Source: the human T2T-CHM13v2.0 reference genome, Homo sapiens
Strand: one strand, 5' to 3'
Length of the DNA: 64,000 nucleotides
Assembly: GCF_009914755.1 (NCBI RefSeq)
Contig: NC_060925.1
Each line of letters begins with the position of its first letter. The first letter of the stretch is position 1. Under the pieces are notes generated by a model, which ran no database searches, was not told the DNA's origin, and was given only the letters and a program-made list of their open reading frames with translations. This document shows positions 1 to 13,830 of this stretch, in pieces. A program made the position numbers and the translations under genes.

Positions 1-555
1 TGAGGAGTATTTTACTTCCAATTATGTGGTCAATTTTAGAATAAGTGTGATGAGGTGCTGAGAAGAATGTATATTCTATTGAATATACATTCTATTGAAT
101 GTATACTCTGGGGTGGAGAGATCTGTGGATGTCTATTAGGTCCACTCGGTCCAGAGCTGAGTTCAAGTCCTGAATATCCTTGTTAATTTTCTGTCTCGTT
201 GATCTGTCTCATATTGACAGTGGGGTGTTAAAGTCTCCCACTATTATTGTGTGGGAGTCTAAGTCTCCTTGTAGTTCTCTAAGAATTTGCTTTATGAGTC
301 TGGGTGCTCCTGTATTGGGTGCATATACATTTAGGATAGTTAGCTCTTCTTGTTGCATTGATTGCTTTACCATTATGTAATGACCTTCTTTGTCTCTTTT
401 GATCTTTGTTTGTTTAAAGTCTGTTTTATCAGAGACCAGGATTGCAACTCCCACTCTTTTTTTTGCTTTCCAGTTGCTTGGTAAATATTCCTCCATCCCT
501 TTATTTTGAGCCTATATGTATCTTTGCATGTGAGATGGGTCTCTTGAATACAGCA
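1..555 (-). mobile_element. L1PA7-like element, inverted 5' segment (ORF2 endonuclease region; continues beyond window start)
   Basis: Minus-strand ORF 209..496 encodes L1 EN-domain motifs (GVAILVSDKTDFK, LNVYAPNTGAP, IIVGDFNTPLS); orientation flips at ~555. Confidence 0.9.
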
Positions 556-2187
556 AATGCACGTGGATAGGAAGAATAAATATGGTGAAAATGGCCATAC
601 TGTCCAATGTAATTTATAGATTCAATGTTATGGCCATCAAGCTACCCTTGAATTTCTTTATGGAACTGGAAAAAACTACTTTAAACTTCATATGGAACCC
701 AAAAAGAGCCCTTATAGCCAAGACAATCCTAAGCAAAAAGAACAAAGCTGGAGGCATCACACTACCTGACTTCAAACTATACTACAAGGATACAGTAAAC
801 AAAGCAGCATGGTACCAGTACCAAAACAGACATACAGATCAATGGAACACAACAGAGGCCTCAGAAATAACACCACACATCTACAGCCATCTCATCTTTG
901 ACAAACCTGACAAAAACAAGCAATGGGGAAAAGATTCCCTATTTAATAAATGGTGTTGGGAAAACTGGGTAGCCACAGGCAGAAAACTGAAACTGGACCC
1001 CTTCCTTACACCTTATACAAAAATTAACTCAAGGTGGATTAAAGACTTAAACGTAAGTCCTAAAACCATAAAAATCCTAGGAGAAAACCTAGGCAATACC
1101 ATTCAGGACACAGGCATGGGCAAAGACTTCATATCTAAAACACCAAAAGCAATGGCAACAAAAGCCAAAATTGACAAATGGGACCTAATTAAACCAAAGA
1201 ACTTCTGCACAGCAAAAGAAGCTATCATCAGAGTGAACAGGCAACTGACAGAATGGGAGAATATTTTTGCAATCTATCCATCTAACAAAGGGCTAATATC
1301 CAGAATCTACAAAAACTTAAACAAATTTACAAGAAACAGACAAACAACCCCATCGAAAAGTGGGCCAAGGATATAAATAGACACTTCTCAAAAGAAGACA
1401 TTTATGCAGCCAACGGACATATGAACAAAAGCTCATCATCACTGGTCATTAGGGGAATGCAAAGCAAAACCACAATGAGATACCATCTCACACCAGTTAG
1501 AATGGCAATCATTAAAAAGTCAGGAAACAGCAGATGCTGGAGAGGATGTGGAGAAATAAGAAAGCTTTTACACTGTTGGTGGGAGTATAAATTAATTCAA
1601 CCATTGTGGCAGACAGTGTGGTGATTCCTCAAGGATCTAGAACTAGAAATACCATTTGACCTAGCAACCCTATTACTGGGTATATACACAAAAGATTATA
1701 AATCATTCTACTATAAAGGTATGCATACGTATGTTTATTGCGGTGCTATTCACAATAGCAAAGACTTGGAGCCAACCCAAATGCCCATCAATGATAGACT
1801 GAATAAAGAAAATGTGGCACATATACACCAAGGAATACTATATAGCCATAAAAAAGGATGAACTCATGTCCTTTGCAGGGACATGGATGAAGCTGGAAAC
1901 CATCATTCTCAGCAAACTAACACAAGAACATAAAACCAAACACTGCATGTTCTCACTCAGAAGTGGAAGTTGAACAATGAGAACACATGAACACAGGGAG
2001 GGGAACATCACACACTGGGGCCTGTCATGGGGTGGTGGGCTAGGGGAGGGATAGCATTAGGAGAAATGCCTAATGTAGGTGATGGGTTGATGGGTGCAGC
2101 AAACCACCATGGCATGTGTATACCTATGAAACAAACCTGCACATTCTGCACATGTACCCCAGAAGTTAAAGTATAATAATAAAAAAA
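556..2187 (+). mobile_element. L1PA7-like 3' segment (ORF2 C-terminal part, 3'UTR, A-tail)
   Basis: ORF 582..1376 is L1 ORF2 ([24 protein letters not shown]); 3'UTR GCTAGGGGAGGGATAGCATTAGGAGAAAT; tail ends ~2187. Confidence 0.92.
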
Positions 2188-3005
2188 GTGGGCACAGTAT
2201 ATGAACAGACACTTCTCAAAGAAGGCATTTACGCAGCCAAGAAACATATGAAAAAAAGCTCAACATCACTGATCATCAGAGAAATTTCAATCAAATCCAC
2301 AATGAGATACCATCTCTCACCAGTCAGAATGGTGACTATTAAAAATTCAGGAAACAATAGATGCTGGCGAGGCTGTGGAGAAATAGGAATGCTTTTACCC
2401 TGTTGGTGGGACTGTAAATTAGTTCAACCATTGTGGAAGTAATTATGGCAATTCCTCAAGGATCTAGAGCCAGAAATACCAATTGACCCAGCAATCCCAT
2501 TACGGGGTTTGTACCCAAAGGAATATAAATCATTCTACTATAAAGACACATGCACAAGTATGTTTATTGCAGCACTATTTACAAGAGCAAAGACATGGAA
2601 TCAACCAAAATGCCTATCAATGATAGAATGGATAAAGAAAATGTGGTGCACATACATCATAGAATACTATGCAGCCATAAAAAGGAATGAGATCCTGTCC
2701 TTTGCAGGGACATGGATGAAGCTGGAAGTCATCAACCTCAGCAAACTAACACAGAAAGAGAAAACCAAACACGGCATGTTCTCACTCATAACTGGGAGTT
2801 GAACATTGAGAAAACATGGACACAGAGAGGGGAACAACACACACCAGGGCCTGGTGGGGAGTGGCAGTTCAGGGGAAGAATTTAGAGGACAGGTCAATAG
2901 GTGCAACAAACCACCAAGGCACACATATACCTATGCAACACACCTGCACGTTCTGAACATGTATCTGGGGTTTTTGTTTGTTTGTTTTAGAAGAAATAAA
3001 GAATA
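2181..3005 (+). mobile_element. Older L1PA (L1PA11/12-like) 3' end, interrupted by the preceding L1
   Basis: Resumes at AAAAAGTGGGCA...; ORF2 C-terminal CCHC-region remnants ([10 protein letters not shown]); 3'UTR with TTAGAGGACAGGTCAATAGGTGC and TTTTAGAAGAAATAAA terminus. Confidence 0.85.
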
Positions 3006-3489
3006 ACGAAAATCTAAAAAAAAAGAGGCGAACTTTGAACTCCTGATGTAAATTGAATGTTATGTAAACTCGTAAACATGAAGTAAATTTTTTAAGTATT
3101 GAGTAAACCAAGAAATCAATAGAGGAGAATAGAAGTAAATTAAATTTGTAGAATTTTTTAGAAACTAAATTACAAAGGTAAAAATCACACTAAAAGGAAC
3201 TCACTGTGAAGAGCACATGTAAAAATTTTAACTTTGTCCAAAATATTAAATGGAGCATGGGTTCAATAAAAACTTCATTTATATTTTTGTTATAAATTCC
3301 AAAGGACAAAAATCTGTTGCCTCTATATCATCATTTATTCATTTTACTAACTTCTTTTTAATCCAAAAAGCATTCTGAAGAGTGGAAGAGTGTATGACAA
3401 GAAATATTGTTGGGCTGATTGTATATTTTAGTGGGAGAAAAGTATTCATAAACACCTTTGCTACAGGGCAGATGGCTGTAACTGCTGTA

Positions 3490-3900
3490 AAGATATATTA
3501 AGTGCTGTGGGAATACAAAGACGGAAGAAGTGGCTCCTCATTGATTTGATCAAAGAAGGCATCACAGAAGAGGTCACATTTGAGGGGAATCTAGAAAGAT
3601 AATAGGATTTCAACACTCTTACTTCTGAGGGTAGGGAAGGCCTTAGAAGGATAATGACTGCATTGAGCAAACGCTGTAAAGCAGAAAGTTATCCAAGGAA
3701 TGATAGAGATCTGTTTGAGCATACAGCAGAGGACTTGAAGGACTTTAATGAGACGCTAAGTTAAAACGTTATACTAAAGCTAGAGTTTCAGAATTTGAGG
3801 GTGCTAGATTGAGGAATTCTTTATAAATTTAGCAGAAAATTATGAAGTATTATTTAAATTGAGCAGATATATAAAGTCACTAGAGCTAGTTTATATCTTA
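3490..3900 (-). mobile_element. L2 fragment
   Basis: AAGTGCTGTGGGAATACA...GAAGGCATCACAGAAGAGGTCACATTTGAG resembles reverse L2 consensus; boundaries approximate. Confidence 0.6.
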
Positions 3901-5217
3901 AGTAGAAGTTGTCATAAGTGTCAAATACTTAAGGTGTAAGATTTAGATGTTTCATGGACTATATTATCATGTGTTAACTAAAGCCTGCCTCAGAATAAGG
4001 CTTGACACAGTTTTCCCTAAATGCTTTATGGACTGAACATTATAACAAAAACAAAGACCTAATCAGGACATAAAGGCATATCTGACACTTCTCCAGTATT
4101 TGTAGGAATAAAACACAATGGGAATCTAATCAGATACAAGAATAAGTTAGCATAGAACCTTTGGACATTTTCTAAACTATTTGAAATTTTGATTTGCAAC
4201 CATTTCTCATAATGAACATTGCGCCTTTAAGATACAAGCAAATAAAATTATGAAGCCGTTGCAATTAGCAAGATAATTACAAATACATTTTTATTTAACC
4301 AATAGTAGTACCCATTCTGTTTAGAAATATTGTAAAGTATTGTAAAGTCATATCCAAAAGTTTAGAAATATTGTAAAGTATAATAATGTTTGCAAACTGG
4401 ATTAAAGTCTCATTACAATTCTCCCTGCGTGAGGAAAATGTTGAATTTTTATAGGTGAAAATTAAGTTAATTGAGACTAGATAATATATTCTGTCTATCC
4501 TAAATTGGGCATATAGTATGCAATACTTTCCTACTTGCCAAACATGAAGGAATGAGTGAGTTACCACTGTATCTGTGTTGGGATATGAACAACTTTTAAC
4601 ATGTATAATATGTGACCACCTGACACTTAGACCAGGAAAGAGGGCCAGTGTCAATCTGTAAATTAAGGTATGCATTTAAATATTAGTAATTATTAAAGTA
4701 TTTATTCTTTAGATTTAAATGAATACTAATAAGAGTTCTGATGTTTGCTTCTGTACCACTATGTATCTTCCTGATCTCTACTTCGTAAATCACTATTCTA
4801 GTGATGGATAGGATAGCTTGATTTAAGCTTTTATTCCACATTATATTCATAAGGCATAATATTACTTTGTACCTCAAAAATATATACAATTTTAAATTGT
4901 CAGTTTACAATGAAATAAAAATTTAAAAAAATCACTACTCTACAATTATACCTTTAGCTTGATATAAAAATTCTATTCACATGCAAACATAGGGACAGGA
5001 TAATCTCTTATTTTCAATTGTCTGTATAAAAGTCTAATCACTTGATTGCATTAACCAATCTATTCTTTCTGGCTATTCTATATTTTCCCTTACCTGAGTA
5101 TGTTACAAACCTATTTTGCCTTTATTCTTGGCTACATCATTAGCCATATTATACTTTAAATAATACATGATTTGGCTTCATTTTGTTTTCAACTACCTTG
5201 GGGTGTAAAATTAGTGT

Positions 5218-5921
<704 letters not shown>

Positions 5922-7854
5922 TTATTTTTGCTTCTTACTCTGTAGACCTGGAAATAACTTCTTTATCTCTCCTTCTCCTTCCTCTCATTTTATCTTTTAA
6001 CCACTGTCATAGTGATAAGTCCAAAGTTTAATTGCATGCATTCACTCACCCACACACACAGACTCTAGAAAACTTATTTATTAATTGAGAGAAAGCACAA
6101 TTTATATAGAGTGGTAAAAAAAAAAGAAAAGAGAAGGCTGGAGGAAGCCATTGCATTGAAAACTGACTATATATGTTAGTTGATTGGAAAAGGAGTCAGA
6201 AAACTCAGAATTTAAGGCTGAGCGATTGAAAGAATATTAATACTATTGAGTAGAATACCAAATCAAGTCCATATGGGAGGCAGATTTTACCTCTCGGGGA
6301 AACCTATGGGCTCAGGTTTTTCTGAGTCATTTAGATTTGTTTGTTATCATTGTTCGGATGCAAGAAATTAATTTTTATGTAGAAGGAGAGGTATAGTAAG
6401 ATTAATTCATTATACAATTAAAGGAGTCATTTAAGAGACCAATTTTTTAAGCCAACAAAAAGAGTTGTCAAAACCAAAGGAGCTGTATCCATGGATGGCT
6501 CTGAGCATCTAGGAACTAGCAGAGATTATTTGGGAATAAAGAGCACAGGATCACACAGACTGACTAGAGCTCTCTTCTCCTCAATGCTCCACCACAGACA
6601 CCTGAAGTCATCGTGTACCCGGGTATACCAAGGGTAGACCCAGAGGGCCTGCGACTGGACAGCTGAGCTTCTCGCTGAGGGCACTGGTGACAGAGGTGGT
6701 GAGGCACTTTGAAGAGGAGACCTAGGTGCCAATGAATAACCATGAATAGGCCTGTCCCAAAGCACACGTGACAATTCTGTAGGGACTCCCAGAAATAGAT
6801 GGGAGAAACTGTAGTGGGAGGAAAGACATTCTAATTTGAGCATTAATGTTTATTACTCCCATAGTGCAGAAAAGCTCAAGAAAACTCAAGTACCAAGAGG
6901 AGTAGGAAAATCCATAATCCAGGCAAGTGTTTGAAGCTGACTTTGTGAAAGTGGAATCACCACATTGAGGTTTTGGTTCCAGTTATGGGAGTAGGTGTGA
7001 TTATTAATGGAGAGTGAGATAAAAGAATATAAGAGAAAGATCTTAAGAGACATCCTCATTTGTTCTGTTATTTAATTTGGATTAACACATTTTTCTCCAA
7101 CCACTAAGATTCCCAACTTTTGATTTGGGATGAATAAAAGTTGAGAAAGAAGAAAAATGAATTAAATAAAGTAGATGTATCCCTAAAGATAAAGCCATTT
7201 AAGTCATAGTATGCAAATGAGAACTTTTAAGTGCTATTCATAAGAGGCCATTACTGTAAAGATGTATATATTATATCTTGCTCAATTTAAAGACAGAAAT
7301 ATATCAGCACTGTAAGGGTCAACTTAATTAAAACTAGAAAAATCCCTCATGTTAGAGATTCTATATTTCATTTCAGTGTCCCTAATCATGACTGCTTTAA
7401 GAAAATTCTTCAGTCTATTTTCAAAGAAATATTTTCTCAACTGTAGGGTTGGTTGCTTTAAAAATGTATAAACAAGATAATTTTGTATCCTCTGAAATCC
7501 CATTTTAAGCAAGACCTTTTCTTTGCCCTGTGATATTCAATAGAGGAAAATTTTATTTTAAATATATACAATACATTCGATAAATTATTAAGTAAATTAC
7601 ACTTTAGTGCCAAATAGTTCCTTTTTATATTGCTAGATTATTGCTGATAAGGACAGCACTCTTATTTATATTGTCCTAAAAATAATAGAACAATTAAAAT
7701 CGAGGAGTAATAACTGCAATGTTAATTCATAAGATTTGTACCTATTGGAATAGGCCACATAAAAGTGAATAGTGTGAAATCAACTAATCAAGAACTTCTT
7801 GGCTTTATCAGATTTATAACATAGCTTTAACTTTTAGCTCTTCTTCCACTTTGG

Positions 7855-9112
7855 ATTAGTCTAGAGGAAACACTGAAACTGCATTCCTCAGATACCCTTC
7901 CTTACATGTTTCTAGGTTAGGACTGCCCACAAGAGAAATGAGGAGGAGCTCTGGAAGGGAGGAGAGAAGCAGCCGCCCTTACACTCTGCAGGAGAATCTC
8001 TCACCTGTTTTTAGCTGATAGGCTGGCTCATCTCCATGACATTAGGCAGCTGTACCGGTGGAGGGTGTCCAGGTTCTTGTCATCTTGAACAAAGAATTGG
8101 ACAAAACGCACAAACAAAACAAGGGAAGAATGAAGCAACGAAAGTAGAGATTTACTGAAAATGAAAGCACACTCCATAGGTTGGGAGCAGGCCCGAGCAA
8201 GGGGCTCAAAGGCCCTGTTACAGAATTCGCTGGTGTTTAAATACTTCCTAGATATTTCCCATTGGTTACTTGGTGTACTACACCCTATGTAAATGAAGAG
8301 GTTGAAGGGAGGTTACAAAGTTATTTACTTGGTGTGCACCCTATGCAAATGAAAAGTATGAAGTGAGGTCACCAAGTTATTTACTTGATGTGCACCCTAT
8401 GCAAATGAAGAGTATGAAGTGAGGTTACAAAGTTATTTACTTGGTGTGCGCCCTGTGCAAATGAAGAGGATGTTTCCTGTCAGAGCTGAAGTAGATTTAC
8501 AAAGTTATTTACTTGGTCTTAGAAGGTTGGGTTTTTTCTGATGATTTAGTTCTGGAAGTCAGTTCTGGAAGTTAGGTTCCCTCCCTGCAGACCCTATTCT
8601 GCCTCACACCCATGCCCTTCAGCTCCTGTACCTCCCACTGGATCTCCTTGTTAAACTTCAGAGTTCAGGGCCACTTGTGTGTGCAGCCGTTGCAAGTAGG
8701 TCAACAGCTTCTTGTGCTGGTCACCTATGTGGTCTTGGGCTAGCTGAAGTGAGAGACCCACATGGGTTCCAATTTGTCTTTGTGAGCTCCTGATTTTCTT
8801 TGTAAATTACAATTTGTCTTTGCAAGTCCCAGCATGTCCTTGACTTCTCCCCTTTATGCTGCGTGGCAACTATCTTTCTTGCTTAACTTACAGCAACTTC
8901 AGGACTCCCCATCAGCAAATGCACAGACAACAGACCTTCACAGGTTCTTCACCAGCTCCCTTTGTCATCCCTAGTCCCCAGCTGGTGAATTTTCTCTAAT
9001 GCAGCAACCAATCCCATTTAGAGCTTTACTTTCCCAATTTCTCCCAAAATTGTATCCTGACCCTGTAATAAATCTTTTATTCCACATCATTCACCAAACT
9101 CTATCTGATACA
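7855..9112 (+). mobile_element. Old ERVL-type LTR (LTR41/LTR33-like), split by a MER51-like LTR
   Basis: ACTGCATTCCTCAGATACCCTTCC...GGAAGGGAGGAGAGAAGCAG in the 5' part; AATAAA and ...CTGATACA terminus in the 3' part; family uncertain. Confidence 0.55.
8051..8606 (-). mobile_element. MER51-like ERV1 solo LTR with internal ~56-bp tandem repeat
   Basis: Reverse strand starts TGAGGCAGAATAGGGTCTG...GGGAACCTAA and ends ...CCTGGACACCCTCCACCGGTACA; 4-bp flanks CAGC/CACC. Confidence 0.8.
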
Positions 9113-9439
9113 GGCATGAAAGGAAAAGGGCTTACTTTTCAAATTTAACCAAGAGTTTAATTTCTACTTTTCTTGTCAAACATACTTTCAAATTGAACTC
9201 AGTGTTTTCTTAAATATTGTTTAGAATAATCTTCTCCATTATGATAACATTTATATTGAGGAGATGTTGTTAAAATAATACAAGTTGTATTTCCTTTCTT
9301 GGTTCAGGGACTGTAAGATGAAAACAAATTGCTAAGACAAATACCACAACTATACAAAATATTTTCTTCCCATAAGAGCAGACTCTGCTCGATAAAAGTT
9401 GGCTCATGACTACTCACCATATAATTTAAATTCTATCTT

Positions 9440-10238
9440 CAGGAAGTCATTAAAAATATTGTTTCATTCAACATTATTCTGTTATAACATCGACAGGGAA
9501 AATAAAATTGATTCTCAGCCAGGACCACTGCCTGTATGGACTTTACATATGTCTGTGTGAGTTTTCCCTGGGTGCTCCAGTTTCCTCCCACATCCTAAGG
9601 TTGTGCTTATCAGGTTATTGCGTGCATCTCAATACTCCTAATTTGAGTGAGTGTGAGTTTGCGTGGGTGTGTATGCCCACCCGATGGGACAGCTGCCCGT
9701 CCACGATGGATCCCTGCTTTGTGCCCTGAGCTGCTGGGATAGGCTCCTGCCACCTCTAACCCTGAAGTGGAACAAGAGGGTTGGAAAATAAATATATGAG
9801 TGGATACAAATTATTGCTAAATAAAAATATGTCAAATATAGATAATCATCCAAATTTGCAACAACAAATGATGCTGTTGGAAAGCACTCAGCAAGCTGCT
9901 GTATTAGAGATTGTTTTTCAACTGTGTGATGGTGGGAGGTGTTCTTTATTATTTTTATTTGCAAACATTTATTCCTTGAATGAACCCACCACCAGGATGA
10001 CAGCCATCACTCCCTGATTCACGAAAAATTGGCTAATCATCTTGTTTTTATTAATATTTCTTAAATATATAGCTCACATTTATTTGGTGATGTCTTTGTG
10101 ACCATAAATATGCTGTAGAAACTTAGCTTTTGTTTGTATCAATTAGCCTGTGATAAAATTGGCTTCCTTTTACCTCATTTTGTTCAAAGTTGTAGTTTCC
10201 AAGAACCTATCCACAGCATTCAGTGAGGTCTTAACTAT
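9440..10238 (+). mobile_element. MER6 (TcMar-Tigger non-autonomous DNA transposon)
   Basis: CTCCAGTTTCCTCCCACATCC core and 3' terminus GTAGTTTCCAAGAACCTATC...GTGAGGTCTTAACT. Confidence 0.8.
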
Positions 10239-10469
10239 ATTGTGGATTTGATCTGTTCTTTGTTTTGTGGTTATCTCCTCTTTAGTGTTTCATTCCTTTT
10301 AATTAATTAACCTTCTTGCAACCTGATAATGCAATTTGACAGAAGAGTTTGGAAATCATAGGCTAGAAACTGTTTAGAAACTGGAGGTAACACCTATACC
10401 TCATGTTGAGATGACTTAATGAAGATAGTGGAATAACAACAGCAACAAAACAACAGCAGCAGAAACTAT

Positions 10470-10670
10470 ACAATTTAACAACAAATGCAAGATGTGGTCT
10501 CCTGTAATTTTTATGAGTAAACTCATTTAATCCTCACTACCGTAAGATACTTAGAAGTTGATATTATTCTCGGTTTAAACATAAGGAGCTGAGGCCTCAA
10601 TTTTTTTTTAATTGCTTTTAAGTGTTTTAGCTCCACAAGTGACAAAAATATTTGGATTCAAATCTGTCTC
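10470..10670 (-). mobile_element. MIR
   Basis: CTCATTTAATCCTCAC...TAAGGAGCTGAGGC core. Confidence 0.6.
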
Positions 10671-10903
10671 TTCTCAAAAATGATATTCTTTACATTCAAT
10701 TTCTCTACTTTTCTTTACAACATGCCTATTTTCTAAAATTTGTTTCAAAATTCAACTCTTTTATTTTAAAAAACTATAACATTAAAAAAAAAATCCTGTC
10801 CCTGCATATAGCTCATTTACTTTAACTCTTATAAATCCTATTAAAGGACACACAAGGTTTTAAGATGACATTTTGTTGTTGTTGTTATTGATGCTAAGGG
10901 TAG

Positions 10904-11775
10904 TGAAGCAGGATATTTCCCTGACCCCTTTGAGGGACATGCAACAGGGGTGCCTCATTTATTCAGCCACTGCTCTCAACTCTTCATGGGAGGGAGGGAT
11001 TGTGTGGCTGAATGAGGCAGAAACTGGAGTGCATGAGTGCTGGAACTGGCCAGCCACTTCAGTGCTGCCAGAAGCAAACTCTGTGTGGGTCCCACAGCAG
11101 CATCCAGGTTGCTGGGGGCAGGGGTGCCTGTGACCCCTGAAGCCCCAGAGGGAGTGTTACAGTGCTCTTTTAGCTCTACTGTTTGCAGATGGCTAAAGCG
11201 TAAACAGCTGAGTGGGCCCTTTGCCTCATTGGGTGAGGTGGCTACCCTCCACCAGCGAAGGCAAAAGGCCAGTGTGACAGCCTTTTGTGTCCACACTTGT
11301 GGTTGCCAAGCTCTTATCTGGCATCCAGGAAAAATGAGGTCGCATGAATGAATTCAAGGATGGTAAATGTGGGGGATTTTACTGCTGATGAAAGTGGCTC
11401 TCAGCAGGAAGGGGAGCTGAAAAGGGGACGGGGAGGAAGGAGGTAATCTTCCTCTGAAGTCCGGCCATCTCTGGCAGGATTCTTCTCCAAAGTTACATTG
11501 TCAAACTGTCCCTCTAAAGTCAAGCTGCTTCTCTCCAATGTCCAGCTGTAGCCCTGAATCCAGCTGCTTCTCCCCTCTGCTGGCTGAGTCTGGGGTCTTT
11601 ATAGGCAAAGGATGGGGAGGGACAGGCCATGGGTAGTTTAGGAAAAGGCAGCATTTGAGAGGGAAAACAGGTGTGGAAGTTCTCACTTGGGGTCACAGCT
11701 TCAGGTTTTTCAGCTTGAGGTTGGGGTTTTCACTGGGAACCCACCCTTTTCTGCCTAGAATCTCTCTGCTTATCA
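10904..11775 (-). mobile_element. ERV1 solo LTR (LTR27/LTR28/MER52 group)
   Basis: Reverse strand begins TGATAAGCAGAGAGATTCTAGGCAGAAAAGGG and ends GGGGTCAGGGAAATATCCTGCTTCA (TG...CA termini). Confidence 0.8.
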
Positions 11776-12703
11776 ATAATATAAAAACTGCTTCATATAG
11801 CTACCTTAAAAATATTTTCTTCCAAAACAATCAAATCTGACAGGAAGGTTTTGGCCATCTTAAAAATAAAAACCAATGGCAACAAAATGAAAAAGCACAG
11901 AGAGACAAGTAGAATATTCTTTCTTGAATTTATAGTGGGAAGCTTGATAGAACAAAAACTTCCAACAAATCTTCCTCATCTCAGCCCATTTGGAAAGGTG
12001 ACAAGAACCATATCTCTCATGACATTATGGTACTTCGCTTGTCAAACCTTTAAAGAGAAATATATATATATATATATATGTGCTGGCTCCAGTCCTAGTT
12101 TAAAACTGTTTTGCTCACTCAATACTAGAAGCACTCTTATAAATACACTGTGTTCATCCACTCATCTTCCACGTTAACAAGACTTTGTTTTGCTGAGAGG
12201 TTGTGATGGGTGTATTTGGAGGAAAAAAGAGTGTATCCTTTGAATTCCCAAAGAAAGAAATATAGATTAAGGACTGGAAAATAATCTCACAGTAATAACA
12301 TGTTTCTGAATGTAGATTCCCAGAAGGATGTCATTACAAAAACTGATGATAATTTTGAGGTTTCAGACTTCAACTTACAGAATACTAGAGGGAGAACATG
12401 TAGGAGAAAAAGCTAAAACCCGTAAATAATTAAATCAACTAAGGCACAAAGATCATGCATGAATGATAATTGATAAATATATCTTGCATTTTAACAACAG
12501 ATAGTTATTTCAAAACTTGTCATATCTATATCTCTGTGAGTGGGGAATTCATATTCTCAATAAAATAATTCCATATCCTTCCCTTAAATCATTACCCCTC
12601 TTATTTTGAAACAATGAAATTCAGAACACAGGAAGCAACAATTTGTTTTGGATCATTACCTGGTGATTTTATTAACCCTTTCTTTCTTAGAAGCATCTTT
12701 ATT

Positions 12704-12750
12704 TGTGTGTGTGTGTGTGTGTGTCTGTGTTTGTGTGTGTGTGTGTGTGT
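12704..12750. repeat. (TG)n microsatellite, interrupted
   Basis: Directly visible. Confidence 0.95.
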
Positions 12751-12999
12751 TTAACCTACAGAGTTGAGTGATTATAATTTTTGAGCTGGAGCTTGAGAAG
12801 AAAGTAAGAACCGAGTTGATGGTATGCTGAAAGAAAATTCACGCTAGCTTTAGAGAACTAACTTGCAACCTGCGAGATCAGAAAGACTTGATAAAATACA
12901 CTTTAGCAGTGAGGCTGCTGGCATAGAAAATGCAGTCTTCTTTCTACAGCCTGGTGAGCTCTTCTCAGTCCCTGCACCAGATCACAGCACAATAGCAAC

Positions 13000-13263
13000 T
13001 TCCTTAGGGATGCTTTCCCCCGAACCCCCTAGTGCGGGTTAATTTTCTTTATTAAGATTCTCATTTATTTCTCACAATTTATCTCAGTTATCATAAAATG
13101 ATTTGAACAAAATCTGTAAGCCCTTTAGGGGAAATGTTGTTTGAAGGATTTGTTTTTGGTTCTTGCATGACTGCATCTCCAGTGAACAGAGACCAGCACT
13201 GTGTAGAGAAAACAGTAACAGCTCATAATTATAAGTTGAAAGAATAGTCAAGTGAATAAATAA
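13000..13263 (+). mobile_element. L2 3' end
   Basis: TCCTTAGGGATGCTTTCCCC...CTGTAAGCCC...GCATCTCCAG...TGAATAAATAA pattern. Confidence 0.5.
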
Positions 13264-13714
13264 TCCACAGCTAATGGTGCAGTCTGTCTTAAAATCTAAA
13301 TTTGCTCATCATTTAAAAAAGGCAAAAATGCTGAAATAAGATATATGAGGATGTCTTCACTGCACAGCACAAAACAAAATTTAATATTCTCAAACATTAA
13401 ATTATGGGAAGAAAATCTGATTTGGAGAGAAGAAAAGCAGATATGATATGCACTGGGGAATCAAAGAGCACAGTAACTCAGACTCACCTTACTGCAAGAA
13501 AGATAAAGATAAAGGGAAAAGAAAGAGAAAGAGAAAGAGCAGAAAGGAGGGAAGACAAGAGAGGGACAAATGATGAAGGGAAGGGGAGAAGGCAACATGG
13601 ATTGGCCCAGTTACATAAAGACAGGAATGTTAATTGTACTTGGTGACTTGCTGGTCTTTTATGACCTTATCAAAAGTTGTTCAGTGGAGTGATGTTACAG
13701 TAACCAATGCAGAA

Positions 13715-13830
13715 AAGTTTGGGGATAGTTAATAATGGTGTCTTTCTTATGCCATTGCTGTGAGAATTAAAAGATTTAGTAAAGTTCAAGTTTCTAGCAT
13801 AGTTTCTGGAACATAGTAAGCTTTCAATAA
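13715..13830 (+). mobile_element. MIR 3' part
   Basis: TTGCTGTGAGAATTAAA...TAGCATAGTTTCTGGAACATAGTAAGCTTTCAATAA. Confidence 0.65.

Noticed and set aside
582-1376. 264-aa ORF (also 49457..50125, 50565..51038, 51833..52537) as host CDS
   Set aside because: All are fragments of L1 ORF2 within stop- or frameshift-disrupted elements
4320-4381. 21-bp direct repeat TTTAGAAATATTGTAAAGTAT
   Set aside because: Ordinary local slippage duplication in AT-rich DNA; no tail or element between the copies
6480-6860. GC-richer island with 105-aa minus-strand ORF
   Set aside because: No recognisable protein or splice architecture; probably an ancient LTR remnant that I cannot assign
8266-8516. CRISPR-like repeat array
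   Set aside because: Units are contiguous tandem copies without unique spacers, inside an LTR in primate DNA
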